The position numbers and the translations under genes are program-made. Of a stretch of DNA of 64,000 nt, positions 27,271-39,514 are shown one piece after another. The notes beneath the pieces are model-generated. The model was not told where the DNA came from, did no database searches, and worked only from the letters and a program-made list of their open reading frames with translations. The stretch comes from Fistulifera solaris (lineage: Eukaryota), in contig AP026135.1 of assembly GCA_030295235.1 (NCBI GenBank), positions 868,001 to 932,000 of the forward strand. The letters run 5' to 3'. Numbering within the stretch: position 1 is the first letter of the stretch; each line of letters begins with the position of its first letter.

Positions 27271-29689
27271 TCGTCAGCTTCCTTACAGAGTTTCTTAACA
27301 ACTATCCGCTGACTTGACGTCCCGGGATTTGGGGATATCAAGCTTGCTTATCAATCAGAAAACATTTATCCATCACCAACTTACACTGACAAGCTTAACT
27401 CGGGGAACAGAATAATCAGTAATGGTGAACCGGGACCACGTAAGTCAAAGAAAAGAAGCAATCGGCGCTGGAATCAGCACGAATGACAAAGGAGTATGAG
27501 CCAAGTTCAAAGAACAAGCTCAGTCGAAATAACGATGCAATAGCAGAAGCGATTGCCGCCGATGGTCTGTTTGATTTTGGGACCAAACCAAAGGCGGAAC
27601 ACATGCAACAGCTAGAATCAACTCTTGGACCTTAAACGTAGAGACGGCAAGCCCTTACCTCGGCACTGCTTTCACTGCAGATCACCGAATCACACAATTC
27701 GACAGTGTCTGGACTACCTCAAAGATGATCGAAGGTACATGGATCCTGCATTACTTGAAACTGGCGCAATTCTGGTCAACCATTTCCCAACATGCGTCAT
27801 TGACATGGATGCAGGAATTACTTCTGAAGATTTGGACAACGATGATACCTCCGGAGGACATGGCCTTCACAATATTGACAAGATTGGCTTAGTAGAAGAC
27901 TCTGATGCAGCCAATGCCATTGTCCAGTCACGGATTTTAAAGCTTACTGGAGAAGACGCTGCAGAAATTCACGCTGAAGACGACAACGAAAATAACTATC
28001 TTCTGGATATGGACCTTGCTCCGTCAGGTAGTAACCGAGATATTGTAGTAATTATTCGTGACAAGGATTACACGGAAAGAAGAAGTCACGAACAAGAATT
28101 GACCATGGTTGATGATGTCGAGGTAGGCATCCATGACGATTCCCGTCTGAACAGTGCACACTCGGGTCATCTGTCGACAATTCTAGAGGATGAAGATGTG
28201 GAACCAAGCACCGCACATAATGCTTTTGCCTCAAGTCCCGCAACAACAGAATATTCAGTAAATGAAATGCCAACAACTAGAACAAAGAGGAGATCCAAAC
28301 AAGTAACGAATTTAAAAGCGCAGAAGGCAAGTCCATCTACCGCAAAGTCATCGATATTGAAGACAGCGACCGCATCCAGACCGAATTTGAAACCACCGCC
28401 GACCACAACAGCTTGTGCTTCCAGTCCAGCAACAACAGATTTTTCATTAGTCAAAATGGCAACGAGAAAGAGGAAACGGCCGAAACAGCCACCAAATCAA
28501 AAAGCTGAAGGAACAAGTCCCGCCACAACTGATTCGTCAATCTTTGAGAGGCCGACCATGAAGAGTCAAAATCTGAAGCCACCACCTGATATCAGAGCTC
28601 ATGCCTTGACTATCGAGTCTTCAATGAATGAGAATACAACACAAAAAGGAAAAGATCGAAACTGACAGCAAATTCCAGAGCCAAAGGCCCGACTCATGCC
28701 CGTAAAAGAAGTTGAAACCGCCACCGATTGCAGAAGCAAAAGCAGGAAGTCCCGCCACAGCAGTTTCTTCCATAGTTGAGATGCCAACTATGAAGAGGGG
28801 TAATCTGAGAGCACTGCCAAGATCTCATTCAAACAGTCCAACAACCGAAGTATCACGATTCCTGAAGATATGATTATAAAGATACCGAAGACAGAACCCA
28901 CTAATGCAAGTCCCGCCACGTCTGCTAGTGACGATTCATCACATGTATTTAAAAGGCGATTAGACATCCAAAAGAAGAATGCAAGTCCCGCCAAATCCGG
29001 TAATCTCAGTGACGATTCGTCGCATTTCCTGAAAATGCCGCTAGATCTGCGAAGAAAGAACTTGGCACAAAATGAAGCGCTCTCAAGTTCATTTTCAGTG
29101 GGTATTCCGAAAACCAGAAGAACTCGTAGAGCTATAACAAGTCCCGCTACTGCCACTAGTGGGACCTCATCACAATTCTTGAGAACACCCTTCGACCTGA
29201 GACGTAAGATTGTAGATCCCAGAAATGAAAATCAATTTTCATTACGTCGACAACAAGTAAGGCAAATTGGAGTAGCCCCTTTGCAACCCCCAGTCATTAC
29301 TGATGAACCATCAAAGATCGTATCCTATTTTTACGACACAGCTTATCCATTTGTGGGAACCATTGAGCAATTAAATTGTTTGGTTCAAGAACACGAGTTT
29401 GATATTCCAGAATCATTTCACGGAAAACGGAAACAAATGATTTAACGATGAAAAGAAGGGCTTCAACCCGAAAACGCAAGGGCGCAAACCAGCGAGGACT
29501 TGTGAGTGAGAACAATATTGCAATCCACGTGCGCTGAATACTCTTGCAGAGACAGCAAAAGGAAAGAAGTGGAATAGAATCATTTATCACTGTAGGGACA
29601 AGAAAGAATGGAAACGATCTGATTTACAACAAAGAAGATGCCAGGGGATCTCTTCGGTCACTCCTTTTGCAATCCAGTGCAAAGGGGCG

Positions 29690-30450
29690 CTGATAAAGGT
29701 CGCGAGTCGTCACGACCTGAAGAGGGAAAGAAGCATCATATCAAGGTGCTAGTGGTGCCACGGCATCCATAACCAGTGAATGCCTTGAAATTATGAACTC
29801 GCAATGTTATTTCAATGACGCGATTGTGAACAGTTTCCTTGAAAGCATAACAAGCAAGACCGTAACGGATGAGGGAGTTATTGCACACCCGTCGTATGTC
29901 ATGAGTAATCTGTGGGATTCCGCCAACCAAAATATTAAGAGAGAGGGTAGACTGCAGCTTAGTTCAGCGTTTGTGGCATTGAATTCTATGACAAAATCGA
30001 ACAATTTGGGCATTCATTTATTCCCTATGTGCAAGGAGAGGCACTGGTGGTTGATGGTGGTTGATGCCGATAATCGAGTTATTTATTCGCTCGACTCCCT
30101 CGAAGATCCGGACGATCACTACTCTAATGCTGTCTGGCTTTCAGGTTTATTTAAATTCGCGTGCGGTGAGGCAGCAATTAGAATGCGCGTCAACAAGCGA
30201 GCAGCAGGAATCAACATTACCCGATTTAGCTCCGTGGGAATACCAAGAAATGCGTCTTCCCAATAAACTATTGCAACATGATGGCCATAGTTGCGGACCA
30301 TATGTATGTTTTTATGCGGCGACAATTCTGAAACATGGTCGACGTGCCCTCAATGAGAGGACATGGTTCCTTGACTCTATTTCGGAGATTGGAGTCGGAG
30401 ATGATCTCCGACCTTTTGTATTTGATGTTATGTTTCAATTGGCTGAATGA
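29690..30450 (+). pseudogene. Ulp1/SENP (C48) protease domain within the MULE, frameshifted
   Basis: YFNDAIVNSF, FPMCKERHWWLMVVD, IYSLDSL, then a frame change to LQHDGHSCGPYVCFYA (His, Asp, oxyanion Gln and Cys). Confidence 0.85.
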
Positions 30451-30599
30451 CACGTATAGAGTAATGTGTGATATTAATCAACCAAGTCTAGTTTGAAACT
30501 GAAATTGTGGAGACCTGGATTTGTAATTAGTATTTACTACGTCAGTTAAGTTCTTCGAGCTATCAGCCTTGAATCGGTGGATGAGGTCACAAGAATAGG

Positions 30600-32424
30600 C
30601 TGAAATGGATTTTCTTTCATTGGCAAGAGTCGCGCTCGGCTCTTTGCCATCAGGACAGTCCAGACGTAGGCGGTTTTCTTTATTGTCCACAATTGGAGCC
30701 GTCGAGCGCATGCAGGATCTGTACCAAATGTTGCAAGATGATCCACGCATCGATAGTTCATCGTTTCGTTGTTTGTTACAGGCGTACAGTCGGTTTCAAC
30801 CGAATCATTGGCGACTGGAAGCGTGTTTGGATTGATATGGAACGATTTGTCAGTGTATTCTTATTAGCATCTGGGTGATTCAATGGCCAATCACTCCGGA
30901 CTGCATCTTCATCAGGGCGTTGCATGATGTTAGCTTTATCGAGCGAACGACGTTGCAATGAATAGACATTCTGGCAATCCGTTAATGATGGAGAATGGAA
31001 CCGACGATCATCAATGGGCGCGATGATCTCTACTGGATGAACGAAGGTTGAATCGATAATGACAGCTTTTAACGTCTCTCCTACGACGGGAGATGGACGA
31101 TATCCGGAAAAGCTACATACACACTATTATGAGCCATTTGCGAAGACCTAAACGGAATCTCATACGCATTTAATCCATTAAGCTTGGAATTGGCAATCAC
31201 ATGGAAGTGCGAAGATGGTATCTGTAGCGCAAGACATTTCTGTTCAGGAAATCATGGATCACTTGCTAGAAGAAAAGCGCGCATGATCCCAATCTAGAGC
31301 CAGGGCTTGCACATTACACGTCGTTAATTGGGTCACACGGCTGGAGTAGACGAGATTCCGAATCACAAAAACGTGTTTTCAAGGCCATCAACGATTTAGT
31401 AAAATCAGGTTTAACACTTGATATGCAGGCGTATCAAGCATGCTTTAACGGTTTGACCAGAACCCAGTGCACAGATGGTGCTACGGTTGCGCAACAATTA
31501 CTGAGCCAAAGCATCAAACAAGGCTTACAACCGGATGCAAGATGCTTTCAGGCCGTACTAAGGGCATGGGCTGAAAGCAAGGATCCGCAGGCATTCAATA
31601 ACTGCGAAAAATTGATCTTGGAACTGGAATCATCCTATCTAGCATCTGGGAAGCAATCTTCGTTTCGCCCAAATTCACATTGTTATGTAAGCATGATCAT
31701 GGCGACTATGTATACGGCTGGAAACTGCGGACCGACTGCTGAATCCGTTTTAAATAAAATGCATAGTGCAGCGAAACAGAATATGGCAGATGAACCCGAC
31801 AAAGCCGTTTACTCTTCCGTTATGAAAGCTTACGCTAACGATGGGTCGGCTACGGACGTTGAAAGGATATACGAAAGGATGAAGAAAGCCTTCGCCGATG
31901 GAAATTACAAAGCCGCTCCAGATAATAGAAGTTGTACGATCCTATTGCATGCCTGGGCCAAAAGTGAAGACCCAAATAAGGCATTTCGGACGAGGCAACT
32001 GTTGGTTGACATGTTTAAGGCATACGAAAGTGGGAACGTGGACATGATGCCCAATATCCAATGTTACAACGCAACTCTAAATTCCTGTGCATTCTCTGAT
32101 TCGAAAAACGAGGAACAGAACACGGAGATTGTTCGTCTTGCCGTCGAAACCATCACTGATATGGAAGAGTATCACGGGGAGATTACTGAATATGCTTTTT
32201 GTCAAATATTTCATATCCTCGGCCGTTTTGTCGCTGATAAGACTGACCGACTGGACCTTACGGCCACTTTTTCCAGAAATGCTGTCAAGCTGGTTACGTG
32301 AGCGAACACGTCATGCGAGTTATTAAATCTCGCATTCCAGAGTTTTACAGCAAGCTTCCAGGAGATAACATAGCGAGGCTTCCGTCGCAGTGGACGCGCC
32401 GAGTGGTCTCGCAGTGATCCTGAT
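30600..32424 (+). pseudogene. Pentatricopeptide-repeat (PPR) protein with a degenerate 5' half
   Basis: ~35-aa repeats PDARCFQAVLRAWA, PNSHCYVSMI, PDKAVYSSVMKAYA, PDNRSCTILLHAWAKS and PNIQCYNATLNSCA in 31423-32301. PPR-like fragments with stops lie upstream. The C-terminus is in another frame (..CQAGYV...LPSQWTRRV). Confidence 0.75.
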
Positions 32425-32483
32425 TGAAAATTTTTAAGGGCACATTTTCTAATAACAAAAAGATAACGCATTTTCTATCCGCA

Positions 32484-34435
32484 CTACCTGCCTAATGAAT
32501 CTATTACGCTCCGATTTCTGACAAATTTCAAAATGCGGTCTTCGTTTGACTTGACGCTGATGAGTTTCGAAACCTGGACAGCTGTCATGGAAGTGACATC
32601 CTCGCCGTCGACTGATATTAGACGATCGCCGACAACTACTTTATCAGCTAGCACAGACTCCGGTTTGATTGCATGCACAATTGGCACGCCACCGTTGGGT
32701 GTGTCAATAACCATGCCCAACTTTCCAGGAGGCACGTGTACTTCAAACTTTTGTCTTCTGGAGGCTGATCGTCTTCATATTGCTGTTCAAAAGACGCATC
32801 ATCCGCAAACACACGTGGGAACGTCGCTGTTGTTTTCCCACTAGGTCCCGAATCCACGGATAGTAGACGTTCCCGCGCTTGTCCCATAAGATACTCCTTC
32901 GCGTAGTCGTAATCATCCGCTACGCTCGCTGTTCGTTCGTCACGATCGACAACGTCCATCGCCATCACACCCGTGAACACTGGATCGCCCAGCGTGCTGA
33001 CATCGTCTTGTCGGTCCACAACAATTTCGGTCTGAATACGATTGGGTGCCTCACTTCCTGTCAAAGCAGTCTCTGTATACACTTGCTTGCTCGGTGGATC
33101 TTGGTATTGTTGGCTGCGGCGCGAAAGAAAAAAGGCCGCTAAAGCGAGTCCCACGACACCACCAACAATGCCACCAAAAATAATTCCCAAATTTTTGCTT
33201 TTGGTCGGTTCGACTGCTTCTTCTTCTGGTTTTTCACCATCTACTAATAGACTTACCGATTCTAGTGTTGAAAACTCAGTATTCTTTTCTTTCAATCGAG
33301 CAATATACGAATTTCTTTCCTCATCGCTGTTGAAAGCTTCCTCGACCAATAACGCGGGATCGAACGGATCATTCTGTGAAGAATCTTGATACTCGATCAA
33401 AATCGACAAGGCCACTTGCAATGGTGCGACACTTTGTAACTGGCGTCGGTCACTTTCGACCACCTCCTGATTATTGATGGTCGTTTCTACAGTAAAATTG
33501 GCAATTTGGTAGCCATTCGATTCGGTTGTTTGTTCGATATGCGCTGCCGTGGCCGACTCAAAGTCAATGGCGGCACGACCCCGTAACAAACCATTCATCG
33601 ATTCCAACAACATGATGACATTGACAATTTCGGACGACAATGGCACCGAGGAGGGACGTGCTACCGTGGGCCGCATCGAGGGAGGTGTGGCCGATGGTAC
33701 GATGGAAGGTCGTTCCGTGGGAATGTTGGGCAACAAAGTTGGCAACGGTAGCGCGGTCGGCGACGGAGTTTCCGCCGCCCCGAAGGTTCACTCGTCATCA
33801 GTGGCGTTGTAGGTGATTGGGTCGTTTCGAGGAATGTGGGCAAATGGGAAGGGAGGATGGACGGGGCATCCGAAGGCCGGGGAGTCGGTTTTCTCGTCGG
33901 TTTGGGGGTAGGTTCAAAGGTTGGGACAATGCTCGGTATTTCCGAGGGAGCTCGTGACGGCCAAGGCGTGGGACTCGGTGTTGGTGATTTCGTTCGAGGA
34001 AAGGTTGGCCGAGGCGTGGGAGGTTTAACTGGCGCCGTCACTGGCTGTGTGACTGGCTGCGATACCGGCTCCGCAACTGGTCGTACCACTGGAGCGGCAA
34101 TCGGTTGTGACGCGACCGGCCCTAGCGAAGTGGGCGTAACGACAGGTGAAGGAATAATCACGATACTGGGAGTTGAGGGGAATGTTATTGTCGCTAAAGA
34201 AATCGAATGTGAGAAGATTATCGTTGTTTTGCATGAATTTCACTTGCTGAATTTTTGATTACTTACGTTGTTGTCCTTGTACTGGAACGGGAAAGCAAGC
34301 AGCTATTACTAGTAGAACAATCCAACAGCACCATTGATTGGGAGATAAAAGAGAAGTCGCGTGTAAATGGTCGACAGCATGATCAGTATTGCTTTCCCTT
34401 CCAAGCCTTATCCGTCGATTGGTTGACGACTTCAT
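32484..34435 (-). CDS. Type I membrane protein: Pro/Thr/Ser-rich ectodomain, RXL motif, TM helix, C-terminal PDZ domain (one intron ~34267-34194; frameshifts near 33790 and 32760)
   Basis: Hydrophobic N-terminal segment, PTPRPT/PSIVPT repeats, DRRQLQ, TM GIIFGGIVGGVVGLALAAFFL, DVSTLGDP and PDZ PGKLGMVID...GDRLISVDG. Confidence 0.8.
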
Positions 34436-35143
34436 ATTGATAATATTATTTTTTGTGACAAGCGGAAGAGCAATAGGTTGTATCAACAAGGATTGAAGTA
34501 GTTTGTGGTGGTTTGTGGGGGATGAGCGTTCGTTGTACTCCGAGTAATTCAGTAAAACCCAAAACAAGAGAAGCGAAGGCAAAATTCAATCAATGCAAGG
34601 CTCTCTCTCTCTCTCTCGCAATAATCACTTTTTCCCCTTTCCTTAAAAAAAACAACAGAAGCGCGGATCGTTTCCTTTACTCGTGGTGAGGAGGAAGACA
34701 ATAATATATAAGACAAGTTCAAGTTCATCTAGGAGAGAGACAAACAACGTCGTGCGCTGTTGTACAGTACTTTTGTTGCAGTTGGCATGAGGTTGACTTT
34801 CAACGGAAACGAAACAACGTCCGGCCACGAACGTTCGGTGCTGTGCGCGCAAGTAGAATATGTAATGAAGCCTGCCGGCGCTGCTTTGAAATTAATGGAT
34901 AGCAAACGGGACTGATTACACTTCAGCAGGAAACGTGATTTCGAGAGGTCGTCATCCAGTCCTGCACGAACCAACGATACAACAGTGTACCACTGTATAC
35001 TGTACGTAGTACGATCGATCTTGCCAGCAGGTTGACGCATTCAAGAGAATATTATTATTTCTCGCCTTACGCCTCACACTTCCACCCTTCATTCATTCCT
35101 CCTCCAGGGGAGAAGCAATTCACATCATGCACCTCTTTCTAAA

Positions 35144-36085
35144 ATGACTTTCATCCTTTTGACGCTCGACAAAGATCGACACGGTATTTGGGTCACTCGA
35201 TTGGCGGAATGTTTGCAGCAACACGGGGCTATCGTTCAAATTTTGTCGATGGAAGAAATCCTGCACGGAACAACGACCGATCAAATTCGGAAACAACAAT
35301 GGAAAGGAATCATCAATCGCGTCTCGGATGCGGCGGATCCGATTTCATTCAAAAGTGTTGTAGCATTCCTGCAGGCAGCACGGGTAATGGATATTGCGGT
35401 TTGGAATGGACCCGATGCTTATTCATTGTGTGGAAATAAATGGTGTCATCATATTTTGTTTCAACAAGCGGGTCTGGTCGCTCCGACCACGATGGTGACT
35501 CTTCGCAACAATCCACTTTCAGAAGATAGTACGACAGCCTTTTCGGAGAATGGACCTTTTTTGGCAAAACCCAACGCCGGTGGGTTCGGAGTAGGAGTGC
35601 AGCTCGTCGATCGTCTGGAACAAAATGATATATCATCGTCCAGCGATAATGTCACGCTGCTGCAGCAATACTTTCCTACCGACCGCATTTATCGCGTTTG
35701 GTTTATGAGAGGACGTGTTCAGTGTGGAATGGTTCGTTCCGTCCGTGGGGAATCCGATTTCACCGCCGGTTGTACTGGACACGTGTGCACGAAACGACCC
35801 GCACAAAATGAAGCATTTCTGGTCCCAAATGACATCCAACAGGAAATTGAAGGTTTGTGCCGATTGGTACCCGATGCTCATGCTGGAAGTGTGGAGTTTC
35901 TGTACGATGAAAAGGGTCGTCGTCTCTATTTCGACTTCAATTTGCTATCCACACTCCCTTTTCCAGAAACAATACACAATTCCGCTCTTGCGTGGGGAGC
36001 GGATTACGACCCTTGGAAGCAACAAGCCAGTGAAATGATGAAGTTCTTTGGTGATCATCTGTCATCCAATCCACTAAACTTATAA
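35144..36085 (+). CDS. RimK/glutathione-synthetase-like ATP-grasp enzyme
   Basis: Motifs IINRVS, WNG..A..L..NK, PFLAKPNAGGFGVGV, LLQQYFP and GSVEF...YFDFN; intronless. Confidence 0.8.
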   Translation: MTFILLTLDKDRHGIWVTRLAECLQQHGAIVQILSMEEILHGTTTDQIRKQQWKGIINRVSDAADPISFKSVVAFLQAARVMDIAVWNGPDAYSLCGNKWCHHILFQQAGLVAPTTMVTLRNNPLSEDSTTAFSENGPFLAKPNAGGFGVGVQLVDRLEQNDISSSSDNVTLLQQYFPTDRIYRVWFMRGRVQCGMVRSVRGESDFTAGCTGHVCTKRPAQNEAFLVPNDIQQEIEGLCRLVPDAHAGSVEFLYDEKGRRLYFDFNLLSTLPFPETIHNSALAWGADYDPWKQQASEMMKFFGDHLSSNPLNL

Positions 36086-36572
36086 CTGCTCGAACTTCGA
36101 AAGCTGCTTCCAGTTGCGTCACCATTCGTGGTTTTCTCCATATCGCCAACAGAAGCAGGGTGGTACAAGTTCAAGTTTCTCAGTAAGCGAGAGCTCAACT
36201 GTATTATTTGTAATTTTTTTGGAAAATTAAAAGAGACGAGTTTGATGTGCCTAGTTGCTCCACTCGGAAGGATTGTAGAATTTACTGTAGACGAGACAAC
36301 TCGCTAGTTGCCATAATAACCAACCGCACCGGTACTGAATTATCGTAGTATGAAATACAAAAGTCACTTCAGCCTTCCGTTGGCATTGCCACGCCAGCGT
36401 CGCTGCTCCCTTTGCTTTTTTTTCCATCGGAATCACTTGAATAGCAACAACAAGCGGATTGTGCATTAGATTGACAGCCAGATACATCACACCTAACAAT
36501 TTGGTGAATAAAACATAGAAGTTTGTTGAAACGGTCATAATATAGACGATTTCGCGCTGAAAGAGTCTTGCC

Positions 36573-37470
36573 ATGGCATACGAAAATGAAGAAGTTCGTG
36601 TGTGTAAAGTGTACGACCGGGACGATGTGTTTACGTTGCTAGTACAGATTGTTCTTGCTCTGTTTGCTCTCGGGTCGCTCTATTTCAAGCGGCTACAGGA
36701 GGTTCCTCGTCGAACGTTTCAAACATGGTTTCTCGATGTTTCAAAACAAGGCATTGGGGCTTGTTACGCGCACGTTTTGAACATGGTACGTTCTCTGTTT
36801 TTCTCAATCCTTAATTTCAAGTTTTTGGCTACAGTTGCTCATGAGTTTAATTCAACAATAGATGATCGCGGCGGTTATCTCGCAAAATATAAGAGGCGAA
36901 TCTGTTTTAGAGGATCAGTGTGCTTGGTATGGAATGTCGTACATAATTGATACGTCGCTGGGTTTGATTATTGCTATTGTGTTCCTTCAAATGCTCGACA
37001 GGATTGCGAACGATCGTCAATGGAGAGCTTTGATGCAGTCGGGTGTTTACAGTGGGGCGGATGCTTTCCCTCATTGGGTAGCTCAGGTTGGTGCTTGGAT
37101 GGTAATCCTTACCGTCACGAAATTCATGATATACATTTTTATGTGGGTCTTTTCAAGCCCGCTAGCCTATATTGGAGGACTCTTGTTTGCGCCCATACAG
37201 GGCAATATTCGGTTTGAGCTCGTTTTCGTTATGATTCTTTTCCCAGGCGTCTTGAATGTGATTTACTTCTGGATTGCGGATGGCTTTTTGAAAGCCAAGA
37301 AAGAACATGCGGCCGCTCACGAGACAGATGGATTGGAAGATAAACGAGTGGCTTTAGTAGAGAGGGAGACTCAACAAGAAATGGTGACACCATATGCTGC
37401 AGCACCGTGGAGCTCGCTGGCGACAAATGCTGATAAAAATGATCACGAAACGGCCACTGCGTCGGTCTGA
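36573..37470 (+). CDS. STIMATE/TMEM110 (YPL162C-like) membrane protein; intron 36786-36861
   Basis: Motifs RRTFQTWFLDVSKQ..A..AH..N, DQCAWY..IDT.LG, SGVY and ELVFVMILFP..LN..YFW..D.FLK; GTACGT...ATAG intron. Confidence 0.85.
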
Positions 37471-37759
37471 AGAGTCTTCTTGTATCCCTGTTTATAATAC
37501 GATAACAAACATCGATAAAACATGTTTTCCCCTTTTGAACTTTTGGTCTGAGAAGAATTCATAGGGCTCACTCAATTGCTATGACGGAATTGATTGAAAG
37601 ATTAGAACGAACCAAAATCTAGTTCAGGCCAAAGTCAAGGACATTTCTGCGTAAACACAATTGAACACTCCGTCGTGCATACCCGAGCACTGCCAAAATT
37701 GAAGAAACTAAACCATCCAGTTAAGTTGCGATATGATATTGATCTTATAGACAAATGCA

Positions 37760-38261
37760 AAGCAACACTAAACTATTTTCTTTCGCCCCAAGGTGATTTC
37801 GATGTTTTACCGGGACTGCATTTCAGTCATGGGTCGAAAAACGAGCCAGACTGCTGCCATATCTTTGTTTCATTCGACACGCTTGTTAGGCTTCACTTGT
37901 TTACTATGATGAAACTACAAGTTGTCTACCTTGAAATGCATTTGCAATGTATGTGACGATCATGAACGTCGAAATTTTCTTGGAAACCATTGTAACCCGT
38001 TTGGAAACTTAAGCAACACTAAACTATTTTCTTTCGCCCCAAGGTGATTTCGATGTTTTACCGGGACTGCATTTCAGTCATGGGTCGAAAAACGAGCCAG
38101 ACTGCTGCCATATCTTTGTTTCATTCGACACGCTTGTTAGGCTTCACTTGTTTACTATGATGAAACTACAAGTTGTCTACCTTGAAATGCATTTGCAATG
38201 TATGTGACGATCATGAACGTCGAAATTTTCTTGGAAACCATTGTAACCCGTTTGGAAACTT
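37760..38261. repeat. Tandem duplication, 2 x 251 bp, belonging to the satellite-like family
   Basis: AAGCAACACTAAAC...TTGGAAACTT at 37760 and again at 38011. Contains the core GACTGCATTTCAGTCATG; a third, diverged core follows at ~38279. Confidence 0.92.
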
Positions 38262-38717
38262 GTACTATCGACTTTACCACGATTGCATTTCAGTCATGAA
38301 TCAAAATTCTTTGCTATCTAATCTTCGTTCTTTCGACAAGCTTGCTAAGCTATATATATCGCCAACACGATGCAATTACTTTGAGCCGCATTTGAGATAC
38401 ATGCTCATCGACTACCAGTAATGATGCAAGAGGATCAGCTCGAATGGACTTCATGCAGACCCAACACGATTGTCTAAGTATATTTTGAAAAACTTCCGTT
38501 GAGCAATGCCGTTGTGTTTTACAATGCCCTGATCCCTGATCTTTCTACTTTGTATGAAGCCCTGCTAAACTTGAACGCAAGATGCGCGACAAACGAAACA
38601 CCTTTGAGCACGACGAATTCATTGATCAACCTTCAACCATTTTTTGACCAGCATCGAAGCCTAATTCTTTTAACCATGAAACCAGCCAACAATTTGCTCT
38701 CAAGATACACAGCCTAC

Positions 38718-39347
38718 ATGGCAAATCGTTTTTGCGGTGGCTCGTCGCGCAAATTGATCGCTGCTTGGTGGTAGGTGTATGGCCTCTATTTGACCTTATT
38801 TCATCTTAATGTACAATATTTCTCAATCAGTTTCTGTCGTCTTATCTTGCACAGGTACTCGATCTTAGCGTTGACAGCAGCATTGTCGATTTCTTCACTT
38901 ACAATTCAAGGAAGACGCCCTTTTGCGGAATGCTTCGCCTCCGTTTGAGTGCCTTACTCCTTTGCGTTCTCAGTGTCGGCGGAACAATGATTATGCGCAA
39001 ATTCCACAATTCCTTGGCGGTAGGCTTCTTTTTAGGAGGTGTTGTTGCAAGTAGTCAGCTATTTTTCATGCTCTTCTTGTTTTTTATGGGTTATGGGAAA
39101 GATCTAAGAAATCACGGAATGTCCGCCAAAGCGGGAGACCATCATGTCCTTCTTTTCCTTGGTGCAATCGATACTGCTGGGATCGTTTGCGGCAATCCTA
39201 GCGGCTCATCGTTCTGAGATTCTAGACAAGCCGGGGAATGCTGTCATGGAAATGATGGATGAAATGCATGGCATCAGTAGCAACCAAACAACCGACACAG
39301 CGGGTGTCGACGGTCCATCGTACGAAGCGCCTTCGGTGAGAGCATGA
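38718..39347 (+). CDS. Small multi-pass membrane hypothetical protein (probable intron ~38770-38830; frameshifts)
   Basis: Hydrophobic ORF fragments 38930-39217 and 39144-39347 with an upstream MANRFCGGSSRKLIAAW exon. Confidence 0.55.
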
Positions 39348-39514
39348 GTTCCTTTTTTCTTTCATGTTCGCGTAAATGATGTTTTGTGAGTGTATTTTTA
39401 ATAGTTATTTCCATTTTCATTCTATCTTCCGACGACGGAATATAATGCTTGACAAGCAAATAATAACATAGCAAACAAGCACAAAAAGAAGAGATTGGTA
39501 GTACATTGAAATTC

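Larger units (their letters stand above)
25170..30549 (+). mobile_element. Decayed Mutator-like (MULE) DNA transposon carrying a Ulp1/C48 protease; boundaries approximate
   Basis: DDE triad LDGTH (~26124), FTDRG (~26313) and TNHVES (~26801); CxxH (YCLIH); SWIM CSC...CGH (~27121); CCHC knuckle CFHCRSPNHTIRQC; Ulp1 core HWWLMVVD / YSLDSL / QHDGHSCG. Multiple stops and frameshifts. Confidence 0.85.

Noticed and set aside
37675..38774. ORFs of 82-93 aa in the repeat locus (likewise 289-573 and 49677-50494)
   Set aside because: They lie in satellite-like non-coding DNA whose period is not a multiple of three.
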